64,000 bases of DNA, taken from contig OZ024740.1 of the NCBI GenBank assembly GCA_964016885.1, positions 227,292,001 through 227,356,000 of the forward strand, given 5' to 3'. The position numbers and the translations under genes were made by a program. Every line of letters begins with the position of its first letter. Position 1 is the first letter of the stretch. The notes beneath the pieces are model-generated. The model did no database searches, was not told the origin of the DNA, and saw only the letters and a list, made by a program, of their open reading frames with translations. Positions 11,984 through 27,214 of this stretch are shown here, in pieces. This DNA comes from Eledone cirrhosa (lineage: Eukaryota).

Positions 11984-12335
11984 AATGATAATGATGATGA
12001 TGATGATAATAATAATAATATTTTCTAACATTCATTTAAAAGAGGAAAATAATTAAAAATACTTATCATAAACTGAAGTGAGCATACGAGAAAAGATATA
12101 TAAATATATATTTATTTATTTTAATATATATATTTATTTATTTTAAAATTTACTATGTAGCTACAGGGAAGATATATAGTTGGGTGATAAATTGATAGTT
12201 TATTTCCCATAGCCAGTTTAATTTCTAAAATTTATTTAAAACATAATTTTTCTGTACTGACATCACCTCTTGCTCTCTACCTCACCACCACCACACCTTA
12301 GTTCCTTGTATACTCCCACATAGGGAAAGGCATTC

Positions 12336-12390
<55 letters not shown>

Positions 12391-12543
12391 AATGTATAAA
12401 TGTATATGTATATATGTATATATATATACAAATGTATAAATGTATATGTATATATATATATATACAAATGTATATGTATATATTTATATATATACATCTC
12501 TCTGTGTGTACACACATATAAACACACACATAAACACACACAT

Positions 12544-12578
<35 letters not shown>

Positions 12579-12663
12579 AATATATACAAATTCAAATGTA
12601 TATATATATATATATATAAATATATAAAAATCTATATATATATATTTATATCTATATACATAT

Positions 12664-12718
<55 letters not shown>

Positions 12719-12726
12719 AATACATA

Positions 12727-12784
<58 letters not shown>

Positions 12785-12793
12785 AACACACAT
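12336..12793. repeat. Compound (TA)n/(CA)n microsatellite
   Basis: Direct reading. Similar tracts at 13780-14870, 20850-21570, 24730-25140, 58030-58320 and 63180-63595. Confidence 0.95.
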
Positions 12794-13797
12794 ATTGGTT
12801 AGCCATTTTATAGTGTTATAAAGGAAAGTTAAAGATTTATTGTCACGTACATATGGATGTTCTGAGAAATTTTCTATTATCATATTTTATATATATCACG
12901 AGTAGTTAGGTTGTATGAGGTGTGTTTCAGATGAGTAGAGAGAAGAGAAACACAGTGTTGAGGCAATATATATAAGCATATATGAATCTTCTATATGTCA
13001 TAAGTAAATGTACAAGCTGTTGTAAAACAAATGTGAACGAAAGAGAAAAATATTATTATGGAAACACAACCAGCATGTTAAAATCACATTTGTGTTTGGA
13101 TATCACATTTTTTTAATATATATTATTTCTACTGATATGTTTTGTTTTTGGTGTTGTTTCTGCTGCTGATTGTATTGATTCTTTTATCTTTTTTATACAT
13201 TTATCTTTACTTTTATTTTTATTTCTATATATTTTTGTGGACAAGGTGGGTTGAGATAGGGGTCTTTCTTTGGCAAGAAATGCAAAATATCTCCTCCATC
13301 ATACACATTTATCTCAACCCCCAACATTTACTTCATTCACATATTTCCTATTCTTTTTATTTTTCCTTTCATTTTATTTTTTCCCTTTTTTGTTGTTGTT
13401 TTTGTGTCCCTGCTTGGTTTCTCATTCATTATCTATCTGTCTTCCTAAAATTCCAGCCTTTTCCACCATGCTTTCATTGTTCTTTAACTACTAAACTATC
13501 TTCCCTTCGTTTGCTGTGCAGTTCAACAAAATTCGCTCTCTCCTAGCCTCAACCAACCAATAAGTCAGCTCATGCTGAATTTAGTTCCAATTTTACCTGG
13601 ATTTTCTGGTCTCCTGCCAGATTATTTACACCAGCTAGCAATGTTGTGCATACATGAACGTTCACAAAACACACAGGCTACTTTATCAGTCAAGTCATGT
13701 ACACTGTGTGATGTTGCTTGTCAGCCTAAACTTCATTACTGCACAGACAATGAACGCTTGGGAATAAATGAAGACAAAACACACACACACACACACA

Positions 13798-13835
<38 letters not shown>

Positions 13836-13944
13836 TAAAAAATATATAACATAAATGCTACAAACATTTCCATTCCTCAATCACATACATAAATTGTGCA
13901 AGCATATACACACATAAATACAAATGAAAGTGTGTGCATATATA

Positions 13945-13987
<43 letters not shown>

Positions 13988-13996
13988 GTATATGAA

Positions 13997-14089
<93 letters not shown>

Positions 14090-14367
14090 ATATATGTGTG
14101 TGTGTGCATGTGTGTGTGTGTATACAAGCATGCATAAGATACAAAATACATACTCTTAGAATAAATGCATAAAATGAATACATAATGAAATGAATACACA
14201 TACAACATAGACGCATATATGATAAAACATACACATCATCAGGCATAAACACATATACAGATCCACATCTTACATATAAACTGTATTGTTAGTACTGTTA
14301 GACAGATATATTTAACAATAAATACATTTACTAACATGCATGCAGGCCTTATATATATATATATGTT

Positions 14368-14459
<92 letters not shown>

Positions 14460-14669
14460 CAATCTCTCCTCTCATATCTCCTCTCCTATCTCCATCTCTC
14501 TCTTTAAGATTGCTTACTCTTGAACTGTGTATATATATATATATTTATATATGTTTATATGTGTGTATGTATATACATATATATATATACATATAGTTAT
14601 ATATACATATAGATATATAGTTTTTTTATATATATATATACACACACACACATATATATATATACACCC

Positions 14670-14702
<33 letters not shown>

Positions 14703-14767
14703 TACACACACACATACACAGTTATATATATATATATATACATATATACACACACACACACACACAG

Positions 14768-14846
<79 letters not shown>

Positions 14847-15473
14847 CATACACACACACACATATATGTATTTGACTCATTATTTTGTTTTTTTTACTAC
14901 TGATTACCTTTTATTTTCTGTATCTATCCTTTGTGACCCTGTCCCTATTTTTGTGCTCCTGAAGAAGGGCTAAAGCCCGACATGTCCAACTTTCCCCTTT
15001 TCCATATAAAGCATGAAACTAGGACTTTTGTACATGTTTTGTCATTTCCTTGAACTATATATATCTATCTATATATATATATATACATGACAAATGACAC
15101 ACAATATATACACAATATATAATATATATATAATATATAATATATATATATATATGTATGTATATATGTTCATACATCTATAGAAATTTTAATGCATGTA
15201 AAGAAATTAAAATAATTAACTATTAAAATTCAATAGATTTCACCAGAATATATTTTCATGTTCAAAGACAGACAGCTTGGCGGAGAAGATTTTAACTGAT
15301 TTTAATATATTTTTGGGGGGTTTATTAAATTGTTTTTTTTTTGTACTAACTTTTTAGATAAATGTTTATTTTCAGTAAGAAATTATTGTTTAATAATAGA
15401 TTATTAAGTTTGCATAGCAAAATATATTTAAATATTTTCTTTTAAAATATTCCAATATATTGTTTCGTTTAAT

Positions 15474-15578
15474 ATCATCATCATCATCATTGTCATTGTC
15501 ATCAACATTATCATCATCATCTTCTTTATCATCATCATCATCATCCTCATCCTCATCATTATTATCATCATCATTATT

Positions 15579-15616
<38 letters not shown>

Positions 15617-15687
15617 TTTCATCATCATCCTTTTTATCATCATTATAATCATCATCATCATCAATCTCATCATCATCCCCATCATCA
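15474..15687. repeat. Imperfect (CAT)n microsatellite
   Basis: Direct reading; it is the source of the poly-D/M/S ORFs. Confidence 0.95.
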
Positions 15688-17833
15688 ATTAACAGAGTGT
15701 ACTGTGTGCATTTTATCATGGCACCAACAATAGGGGAATTGTCAAGTGCATTTTATCATGGCACGAACACGAGGGAGTTTATGTCCTTGACATGACGGAT
15801 ACGTCCTCTACAAGTTCATATATTTACATAGACTGTCAAAGTATGTTTCCCTGTAGTCTACTATAATATACATGTTCCAAGCCAACTGGCTGAGGCCATG
15901 GTGTGGCATTGCCATATATATTTTTCAATGTTCCCTATACTGAGATAGTATTACTTATTTTTTACTAGAGAGATGGGAGTATTAAATAAAGTAATATATT
16001 TAGAGACACTGACACAATGTACTTCCAATAATAGATTGAACTAAGTCCCAGTCTCCCTCTCACTAGTGTCAAGCTTTAACAGCCTTTGTCTTTCCATTCA
16101 TTTGGGAGGGAGCTCCCTTCGTATATGATTGTTTTCCATAACCCAGGATAAAGGAAGAAAACACTTGACCAAAGTGTCATGCTGTGGAATAAGACCCTAA
16201 ACCAAATGGTTCATAAGCAAGTTTCTTAACTACATAGCCAATTGCCAGTATTGTTTTAAGTCACATCTTATAAAATGTCTTTATTTGACACAATGCAACA
16301 TTTTTCAGGCAATAGCAGACATATTGTTTAACTCTTGCATTGAATCACAAACCATGAATCAGAATTTTAGCCTCCAGTATAACCTAAACTTTTATTACAC
16401 AAAATTTGTATAATTTTCATGTTGTAATATTTTTAGTTATAATATTATTCAGTATCTACTTATGCAGCTACTGATGTCTACATATCTCAACAAAAATTGT
16501 AGGAAACATTACATAATTTATTCATTCATACAGCAGAGAAATTAAATTCTTTACACGAAAATATTTTGTTTCCCTTTAAAGAATTTTTTTTTTTTAAACA
16601 TTATTTCCATAAATATATATATGCAGTATTTAGTTTAATATATGCAGTATTTAGTTTAATTTATTATACCTACTAGAATATTATCTTTAACTTGAAAAGT
16701 TTTGAATTTTCTGATCATGAATTAATTCTTTCAACTCTAACAAAGAAAAGTTCCTTTTTTTCTCCTATGTAGCCTGATTTTATTTAATACTTTTGATACC
16801 AAACTCCCCCAGGCCCTAGAATACTAAGCTGTTTATTTTAGAGCCTTTACATTCATTTAAAAACCTGTCTTTTCATGTTATGTTTTTAATACCAACATAA
16901 TAATGAGAAAGTTAGTTATATTAAAAAAAGGTCTCTAAGTTCTTGACTATTTTCAAAATGTTTTGAAATTTCATTAGAAACATGGTGGCAACAAAAAGGT
17001 TAAAAGACAGTCTTAAAAGGATTCATCATCATCATCGTTTAACATCCATTTTCTATGCTACTATGGGTTATTCACACAAATGTAGTACAAATGATCCCAA
17101 ATCACAATAGTAAACTATATGTCTAAGCCAGGATTTACCCAAACGTTTTCAGGTTACTTCTTTTAGAGTGTATATCTGATCAGCCTTAAACCCCCACTCC
17201 CAACACTCACGTATAATGCCAGTTATATAATGATGCATTGAGAATTTGATGAAGTATTTATTCTGTAACTGTTCAACATCTATTTTCCATGCTTGAATTC
17301 TAGAAAAGTATCTAAAATTACATAATTTATTTGTGTTATTGGGCTAACTTTTCAACACCCAGCTCACCATTAGTAAGACTTACATACTTCAAGGCTACTG
17401 CATCTTGAGATGCATGAGGCAGCCAAAGTCTTTTTCCACAATGACCCATAATCTCAGAGAGAAGTTGGTTTTAACAATGAACATTCTTGTTATTGAATCA
17501 ACTCATGAAATTAACATATTGGTGGCTGAGCATTCCAAAAATATGTGTACCCTTTGCATAATTCTCAAAGAGATTCAGTGTGAAACAGTATGTGACAAGG
17601 CTGACCCTTTGAATTACAGGTACAGTACATCCAATAGGCTTCCAAACAATTTCTGTTTACCCTGTTCCATTCACAAGGTATCAGTCAAACTAAGACTGGT
17701 AAATGACACTTGCCCAAGATGTCACACAGTTGGATCAAACCCAGAACTTAATGTTTATGAAGTGAACTCTTTAACCATTTAGCTCTGTTGTGTCCACAAT
17801 CATGGATAAAGATCTGACTAATTTGTATTATTT

Positions 17834-18022
17834 GGTGGATTGGCAGTATTGGTAGAGGGTCAGACGCTATGCTTTGCAGCATATAGTTACGGCCCCTTAT
17901 GGTCTGAGTTCAAATCCAGCTGAGGTTAACTTTGCCTTTCATCCTTACGGGGTCAATAAAATAAAGTACCAGTAATACACTGGGATAATTGCTGGCCTTG
18001 TGCCAAAAGTAGAAACAATTAT
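17834..18022 (+). mobile_element. SINE family A
   Basis: Full head with A/B boxes, GCCTTTCATCCTTACGGGGTC central block, AAAGTAGAAACAATT end. Confidence 0.9.
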
Positions 18023-18788
18023 TTGCTCACTTTCCTCACCCACCTCAGCCTGTACCTTATAGTACCCCAATTGAAACTGCAAGCACTCTCAAAGAGAAAG
18101 TAATAAACAGTTTGGGAAACACTGGTATAAGTTAATAAAACATACTCATGTATTATACCCTCAGTTGTTACTAATCTTTCTTATGAACCACCTCATCTTT
18201 TTCCATTGTGTATCATTGTTACATACTCTAGTTAACTGTTCAACATAATTACACATGTCACTTCAATGTTTTTTTGTGTATTATCCTAACTTTTTACATC
18301 CTGTACAACTGAAACCGCATTAGCAAGACATTCTTGAAAAGTACAAAATAGCATGCACTGTGACAGCATCACATTAAAAGGAAAACTTTTTACTCTTACA
18401 CTGCACATTTTCGCACCAATTTATCCACTAGTAAACATTTGAATTAGCAAACTTATTTTAAAATATTTTCTGTTAAATTGTTACTTGATATTAAAAGTAA
18501 AATTAACCAACAGGATTATCCCAGAGATAATGCAGCTTTTTTTTAATTGCATCCAATAAAAGTTGGAGTCGTGGGGATAATCGCCTGCATAAACTTGCTA
18601 TAAAAGCAGGTATTAAATTCACCTTGTCTTCATTCTTAGTGCAAGCCTTTAAAAGTGCAGTATATCTTAATTTTAAAAATAAAAGAAATGTAAAAAAACT
18701 GCATTATTCATGGGATGTCCCAATATTTTAACTTGAAAAATGTTTTTAAAATGTATTAATGTAAACATTCTTTTTCTATTTCTTACAG

Positions 18789-19073
18789 CATACTTGAATA
18801 TTGAGAATGAACCAGAGAGCAAAGTGGCAAGTATCGGAGAAGACACAAACTTTGTATGTATGCCAAATTCACTAGAACTAAAGAAGTTTGAAATTAAGTG
18901 GAAACACAATGATGTAATACTTAATTTGACAAACACTGAAAAATACAAAACAAATGAACTAAAAACAAACATAACGATAAAATCTGTTACGTTTCAAGAT
19001 GCAGGTGTTTATACCTGTATGGTAATACTGGACATGGACATGAAAATGTCAAAAGCAAATCTAACAGTAAAAG
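18789..19073 (+). CDS. Internal exon encoding one I-set immunoglobulin domain (IgSF cell-adhesion/receptor-type protein)
   Basis: Pyrimidine tract + ACAG acceptor (18788) and G|GTAAG donor (19074); 285 nt, phase 1-1. Ig motifs IGEDTNFVC, IKWKHN, ITIKSVTFQDAGVYTC, ANLTVK. Confidence 0.88.
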
Positions 19074-20952
19074 GTAAGAGAGAAATTTACTATAATTTTC
19101 TTTTTTTTTTTTCCATATCATTTTTACATCAGATTTTGTTTACCAGGATGGCTAGGGTAGATATGTCCTTGGAAGATTTCAGTAGTATATGTGTTTTTCT
19201 ATGAGAAGTTATTAGCTCTTTATTGAACTCTTTTCCATATCTGGAGAAAGGGACACTCTATGGGGTGTCTCCTACAACATTTCTTCTGGTACAACATAGC
19301 TGAATTCAGAGAGAAACAGAAAAAGACATAAAGAGAGCAAAAGAGAGAGCGAGATTGAAGAATCAACTTCAGTATTTGACTGGTATTTTATTTATCGACC
19401 CTGAAAGGATGACAGGCAGCATTAACCTCTGTGGGATTTGAACTCAGAGTATAGTAAATCAAAACAAATGTCATAAAGCAATCTATCTGTTGTCAATGTT
19501 CTTCACTTCCTACCATTATTCTCTGTTCTTGGGCATTCACTATATTTCATTTTCATGTAATTTATAAGAATAATGAGGTTTTAAATATCGAAATGTTTTT
19601 TCATAGTTTTCAAATAGAAATATGAAGAAATGATTGCTGAACATATTGGAAAGAAACAGATGAAATATGTAAATTTGGAAATAATTCAACAAATGCATTA
19701 ACTACTAAATTAATTTTTATATACATTGATATACAATGCTACCAATAGTAGACAGATATTAGCCTACAAAAACTGAGTAACTCATTAAAACTAGATGAAT
19801 CATATGACAGTTTATATATCATATCAACATACACTAATTAGTTTATATAGAGCAAACACTACACACCATGCTGCAGAGAATAATCAAATGAGGAAAGTAA
19901 GCTGGTTTAATCCACCACATAATCTAGAAATCAGCATAAACATAACCAGGAATTTCATAACTCTTATAAGATATAATTTCCCACCAACCCACAAATATCA
20001 TAAATTCTTTAATGCACATAAGATTGAGGTCAATTATCCCTACATAGACAAAATAGCCTCTTGGATCAAATATTCCAACCACAAAAACAGCTAACACACA
20101 TTGTGTTTACCCCATCATCAAGTCTGTATCTGTTGAAATCCATCTGTTTATACACTCAGAGAATTCTTTCTCTCCAAAGAAGTTGCATAGCAAACAATCC
20201 ATGATGTGCTAATTCAAAACATTTTCTGAACACATAGTTTGCTCAGGATTGAACATGCAATCTCCCTCATTCAATTGTCATATCTATTACATACCCACAT
20301 GAGTACAATCCCCACCCCTCACCTCCATTTTCACTACATAATGGAACATCCCAGACATATTTTAAAACACCTGCATGTCTGAAAAAACAGTCACATGACT
20401 GCAACCTCACACCACCTCCATTTATGGTTATGCTATCTACAGCTGACTGAACTGGAGCAATGTGAAATAAAATGTTTTGGTCAAGAACACAATGCATTGC
20501 CCGGTCCAGGATTTGAACTCAGAATCTTATGATTGTGAGCTCAACCACTAAGCCATATATTTACACAAGTACTGTTATTAGGTTAAAAGTCAGAGAAATG
20601 GAAAATGTAATTGATGTTTCAGATGTAGGCACTTCATTGGAAATATAGAACAAGAAAAAGAGAGAAGAAATTAAAATAATAAAAACGAAGTTGGTGAAAA
20701 CACACGTTCTTATGTTGAATGAATCCCTATAAGAGAGATGTCACATTTTATCATTTAAATTGTATGGTTTACAAAGTACACTGATTAATATTTTAATATT
20801 ACTTACGTTGTATTTTAACTAATTCCTATCTAATTTGTATGTGCATGTAAATATATATATATGTATGTATATGTGTGTATGTGTATGTGTGTGTGTGAGT
20901 AATGTACATGTTTGTATATATCCATCTCTATATATGTAGGGTATCTCTCTCG

Positions 20953-20996
<44 letters not shown>

Positions 20997-21320
20997 CTCT
21001 TTCTATATATATATGTGTGTGTGTGATGTGTGTGTGTGTATGTGTGTGTGTGTGTGTGCGCGTGTGTGTGTATAATGTACATGTTTGTATATATGGATCT
21101 CTATATATGTGGGGGTCTCTCTCTCTCCCTCTCTCTCTCTATATATATGTGTGTGTAGAAATGTAAAATATATATATGCCAGCATGGAAACATTTCACAT
21201 CCATGTTTCCATGCTGGCATGGGTCAGACAAGTTATATATTCATATATATATATATTACATTTCTACACACATATATGTGTGAATGTATGAGCATGTGCA
21301 TAATGATATGTAAAAGTGTG

Positions 21321-21406
<86 letters not shown>

Positions 21407-21611
21407 TGGGTATGCGTGTTTGTATATGTATATGTATATAGGGAGAAAGAGAGATCCCCACATATATAGAGATCCATATATACAAATATGTACATTATAC
21501 ACACACACACGCGCACACACACATATACATACACATACATACACACACACACACATATATACATACACAAGTGAGTGAGTGTACAAATGTAATATCATTA
21601 TATATGTTACA

Positions 21612-21790
21612 TGGCAGTATCGGTAGAGGGTCGGACGCCATGCTTTCCAGCATAGTTACGTCCCTTTACGATCTGAGTTCAAATCCCGCCGAGGTTGACT
21701 TTGCCTTTCATCCTTACGGGGTCGATAAAATAAAGTACCAGTAATGCACTGGGTAATTGCTGGCCTTGTGCCTAAAGTAGAAACAATTAT
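21612..21790 (+). mobile_element. SINE family A
   Basis: Near-identical to the 11745-11930 copy; CpGs retained. Confidence 0.9.
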
Positions 21791-22189
21791 ATATGTTGTA
21801 TAGATTGTTTAGTTTAGTAGTCAAGGAATCCCACAGACATTTCTGAAAGTGTTTTAGACATGCAGGCACATGTCTATTCTTCAGGTTTCCATGGAAAGTA
21901 GAGTATTGGTCACAATCAAATATAAAGATGGTTTCTTATTGGTCACTTGTAGCATCCAACTGCGCTATATTGGGATTTGAACTCAGAATACAAAGAGCCA
22001 AAACAAATACCACAAGGCATCACATTTAGTGCTTTAATAATTTTATCAGTGTTGGTGATCTACATGATAACCACACCCAGTACACTCTGTAAGGTGTGTG
22101 GTGATAGGGAAGTCATCCAATTGTAGAAAACTTGACAAACAAAGCATCAGAAGGACTCTTCAGTTGAGTCAAAGACATGACAACCTTTT

Positions 22190-22405
22190 TACCCCTTAAG
22201 CATTTAAACCGGTCATATCCAGCCAGAACTCTCTCATTTCTTTCTGTTCAAACAAGCTGTAATTGGCCACTCATATTCATGTTAAGGTATTGTTCTCAAA
22301 ATAAATAACATCAAAATCTCATAGATTCGATATTATGTGAGATAAAGCCTTTACCACAAAAATACAATAGTGTATATAGAGTAATGTAAATGCTAAAGGG
22401 CTAAT
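22190..22405. mobile_element. Degenerate MITE (CCCTT.AGCATTTA...TAAATGCTAAAGGG termini)
   Basis: Short terminal inverted repeats about 210 bp apart. Confidence 0.5.
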
Positions 22406-23580
22406 GTTAGTGATCTAGAGGATAAATGCACCCAACACACACTATAAAGTGATTGGTGCTAGAAAAGACAGCCATCCAAAGAGAAACCTGCCAAAAATGG
22501 GTCAGGTGAACACCTGAGTTGTTTCAAAGACATGACAATCTCTCTAGTGCTGATGCCATGATAAAATGTGCTCAATAGAGTATGGGAACATATGTAAATG
22601 AGATGCAGGTCCCTACTTGCATACTAATATGGTCTGTTAAGATCCATCCAATCCTTGCTAATAGGGAAGATATATTTTATCAAACCAAATTTGAGGAAAG
22701 GCAAAGTTAATCTTGGCAAGATGTGAGCTCAGAATACAAGGAATCAGAATAAATGCTGCAAGGTATTTCATTAAATAGGCTAACGATTCTGCTAATTCAC
22801 AAACTATGTGTGTGTGTCTATGTTTGTCAGTGTGTGCGTGTTTGTGTGTGTATGTGTGTGATGTATGTGTGAGTGTTTGTGTCTGCCTGTGTGTGTGTGT
22901 ATGTATGTGTTTATGTGTATGCGTGTGATGTATGTGTGTGTGTGGTGTATGTGGTGTGTGTATGTGTATGAGTGTGTATGCATGCAATCTAATGAATTTG
23001 TTTCGATGCAGTGTATTCAGATGTATACTAAAGGAACACAGCAAACCAAAACCAACAAATATAGCAAAGGATTATTTTGATCCAACCTTGTTGGAGATTA
23101 TGAAACCAATAACAAATGAAGGGAACAATAAACACAGTAATGGAAAATCTTTTCTTAAGAATTCCTCAAATAAATAATTTTGTGTCTATTATTACCTGAA
23201 TCTGGCAGTGGTAAATGTCAGCGCAATTCAATAATTCAGACAGATATTTTTATGATGCTCTAATTTTGCTTCAAAAATTGACACTAGCCAAGTGAACAAC
23301 AGCAAAACACCTTGTAATCAAACTAACTTTCAATCACATTGTATTGAAAACTTAAATATAGATAGACAGAATCGATAAGATATAACAACATGTCACGTAA
23401 TAAAAACATGTTCATAACAGTGATTATATAGCATTGTATTTTGTAGCTGCTGGTATATTTTGGTAAATTATATGGTCTGTTATAAGAGTTGCTATAGTTA
23501 AGGTGAAGGAGTTAATATGTTAGGTTGAGTAACACACAGTAAAGATAACCTTTGGAGAAGTAGCACATTATTGTATTTTA

Positions 23581-23790
23581 TCTTCTTCTTTTTTGCCCAC
23601 TTATACCTGAGAAGGTCATGGAGAGGCAGAGTTCTCAAACACTCCTTCTAGCGGGTCCTGCTGGAAGCAACTGTATCCAACTGATCTGGCTGGATCTCCA
23701 AGCGAGACCAGCCAGCTAATGGATGTTATCCAATCATTTTGCTCATGATCTACCCCTGGATCTCCTGCCAGTTGGTTTCGCCCATGTATT
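23581..23790 (-). mobile_element. 3' end of a (GAA)n-tailed LINE
   Basis: Reverse-complement similarity to about 61310-61460; (TTC)n at the left edge. Confidence 0.6.
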
Positions 23791-24818
23791 TTATCAATGG
23801 ATTAATTCTATAATTCTGAAATCATACATTAGGATGCATTTTTCTTCAGATATTTAGAATACCAGTGATGTACCCACCTTATAAATTGTTGACCATATGT
23901 GAGATTATTTTGCCATAGAACACATATATTTGTTTTACAGATAGTTGCCCCAAAACCTACTTTAATTTCATTAGGACTAAATGAAACAAAAACTCTTTTA
24001 GAGAAGGATTTTATTTATATAAAAATATACATTTTCTTTTATTAAATCTTATTACAAATTCATTATCTGGTAGAAACTCAAAATATTTTCTTAATGCAAC
24101 CTCCTTTTAGAATCAATGCCACAGTATGCTAAAGAAATGCTCATGGGTCATGTATAAGGCTCACAGAGCATTGGTTGACCCAATGCTATAGCATAAGACA
24201 ACACTTTCCCAAAGAATCATGCAGTGAAGTTGAACTCTGAACCATGTAATTATGAAATGAGTGTATTATCCATACAGACATACCTGCACCTTTCCCGTTT
24301 ATATCTATTGTTTTTAAGACAATATATGCAAATGGGATATTTGGCTGCTATTGCTTGTAGGCTAAGTAACTGCCTAGAGGCAACCACATTGGAGATAGTT
24401 TAATGTTGATAAAGTAAAAAGAACCACTGTGAAAATATCTTTTATGCATAGAGTAAGAAAATTCTGTTCCTATATTTATAACTATATACAGTAACAGGTT
24501 GTGTTAGTGGTTGACTCATATGCAAATGTATATGAATGCCTGCAATATAGGATGTGCAACCGTGTGTTTTTAATGCCATGCATATGTTTATCACCATTTA
24601 GTTTGTGCAAAGTAGCATGTTCAGACTCGTGTATAGTGATGCATCTGTCTAATGCACCTGTATGAGGACACACAGAGATATATACATATTTATCAGATGC
24701 ATCACTCAGATGTATAATTACAAACATAGATATGTATACATATATGCATATATATTACATAGGTATTCGTACACACACACATATACATACACACACACAC
24801 ACATACATACACATACAT

Positions 24819-24855
<37 letters not shown>

Positions 24856-24863
24856 TATGTGTA

Positions 24864-24907
<44 letters not shown>

Positions 24908-24995
24908 TATGTATATGCATATATATATATATTATATATATATATACATATATATATTTATATATACATATATATATTTAGATATAGATATATAT

Positions 24996-25027
<32 letters not shown>

Positions 25028-25457
25028 TTATATATACATATATATATATATATACACTTATATATATATATTTATACACACACATATATACATATATATA
25101 TGTGTGTGTTTGTGTGTGTGTGTGTTTGTATGTGTGTGTGAGAGAGAAAGAAGGAGAGAGATTGAGAGATAGTTTGCTTTTGATGTAGCAGTTAACAGAG
25201 TTACTTCAAACACGAATTCTGAACTTATCAGAAACAGCAACAATAGTCAGACTACGCATATTAGCTTCGGTTCGTAGCCAATCTAGAAGGCGAATAACAC
25301 AAATGTCACATCTTTATGGCTGTAAAAGCCCTAGCTTGTCGTTTTATGGTTGCTTTTAACCTAAAGTATGCAATTGTTTCATACAACACTAAGATATAGT
25401 TATATAAATACACACACTCACACACACACAGACATCGAAACAAACATGCACATTGGC

Positions 25458-25518
<61 letters not shown>

Positions 25519-25590
25519 ATATACATAATATATATATTATATATATTATATATAATATATGACATATAATATATATATATATATAAATAA

Positions 25591-25928
25591 TCATCATCAT
25601 CTCATTTTACGTCCGCTTTTTCCCTGCTTGCAAGGGTGGGACAGGAACTGATACTGGCTTGATTTCTACAGCTGGATGCCCTTCCTAACACCAACCTCAT
25701 TTACAGTGAGTGCTGGGTGCTTTTTTTCGGTGGCACCTCTACGACCACTTTGCAGTGGAATGATATGGACCCCAGTCCCTATCATCTCATTTCTACAGCT
25801 GAGTAAACTGGAGCAATGTGAAATAAAGTGTCTTGCTCAAGGAAACAACACATCACCCGGTCTGAGAATTGAACTCACAACCTTTCAATTGCAAGGCCAA
25901 TGCTCTAACCACTAAGCCATGTGCCTCC
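25591..25928 (-). mobile_element. SINE family B, full length (tRNA head + CORE-like block + RTE-derived tail)
   Basis: Head GGAGGCACATGGCTTAGTGG...GAGTTCAATTCTC, CTTGAGCAAGACACTTTATTTCAC block; tail matches the RTE end at 27911-27948. Confidence 0.9.
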
Positions 25929-26507
25929 ATATGTATATTATATATATGTGTGTGTGCATGTGTATACATACATACATAATCATCATCATTTTACTTAAGC
26001 ATTTCCATGCTTTCATGGGTTGGACTGGGTCTTTTCCAGCACAGTATCCCTCTACTCATTGCATTCTTCCTCATCGAATTTATGGGCTTCAGCTCTCCCT
26101 GCCTCTCCCTATGTCTTCCATGGTCCTCCTCTATTGCAGTTTCCTTCCTCTGGGACTTCTTGACACTTCTCCCCACAAATCATCATATACTCTCAGTTCC
26201 TCTGTAAAATGCTTGCATTATTCTCAGAAGCCATTCTTCTACAGCTAGTTTCCTTAATGACCACCAGATCACAGCCTAAGGTACAGATGTCATGACAAAA
26301 AGCACTCGTTCCACCTTGTCAGGTGGTAGTGCTGGTGCCACAAAAAAAGCTCCCAGTACAGTCGATGAATTAGTTGGCATTATGAAGAGCATGTAGCCAT
26401 ATAAAACTGTGTCCAAACCAGACGTGGTTACCTGACTTGTCTAGTTCTGTAACATGACAACCCATCAAACCCATAGAAATAGATGTTAAATAGTGATGAT
26501 GATGTTG

Positions 26508-26539
<32 letters not shown>

Positions 26540-27057
26540 TGGCATGACTATTTCCAAGAATAACGATATATATACATATATATAGCAGATGAGTGAAGAA
26601 TAACACGGATCGGCTGTGCAATGGAGAGTGGGGGAGAGAGGGAGAATGAGAGTCTAAAGTATGAGATGAGAAATGAGAGGGTTATAGAGAGAGAAGGGAA
26701 GAGAAGGAGAGGAGAAAAATGGGGACGAAAATGATGGAGCAGGACTTATGGAGAAAGACGAAGGGATGGATAGAAAGATGGAGAGAATAGACTAACAAGA
26801 AAAAAGAACTTAGCGTTATCTGAATTGTCAGCTTCCCTTACACCAAAAACTATGATACAGTATAAATAAATATATTCATATATATATATATTAATATATA
26901 TATACAGGAAGAGAGAGAGAGAGAGTACGAGAAGGCAGTAAATAGTCTCAGAGAGATATGGATGATTATTTACATATATAGAATAGAAGAATAGATGTGT
27001 TGATAAAAAGTCAGAAATTATAGCAAACATTAATTCATTTACACTCACACTAAACTT

Positions 27058-27214
27058 TGTTTTATTTACTACATATATAATATATACTGTGTTTTATTTA
27101 CTACATATATAATATATACTGTGTTTTATTTACAACATATATACTATATACTGTGTTTTATTTACTACATATATAATATATACTGTTTTATTTACAACAT
27201 ATATACTATATACT
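27058..27214. repeat. 32-bp minisatellite, 5 copies
   Basis: Unit GTTTTATTTAC(T/A)ACATATATA(A/C)TATATACTGT. Confidence 0.9.

Noticed and set aside
12263-15719. Many YI/HT/CV/poly-D/M/S ORFs (also at 20912-25600, 46989-48955, 57963-58340, 63216-63673)
   Set aside because: Translations of microsatellites.
17405-17782. 125-aa ORF
   Set aside because: No domain signal; it overlaps decayed SINE-like sequence.
18740-19204. 154-aa single-exon gene
   Set aside because: Both ends run through a splice acceptor tract and a donor into intron-like sequence; only 18789-19073 is Ig-like.
25855-25928. tRNA gene
   Set aside because: tRNA-like A/B boxes continue into SINE body and tail in multiple dispersed copies, so this is a SINE head.
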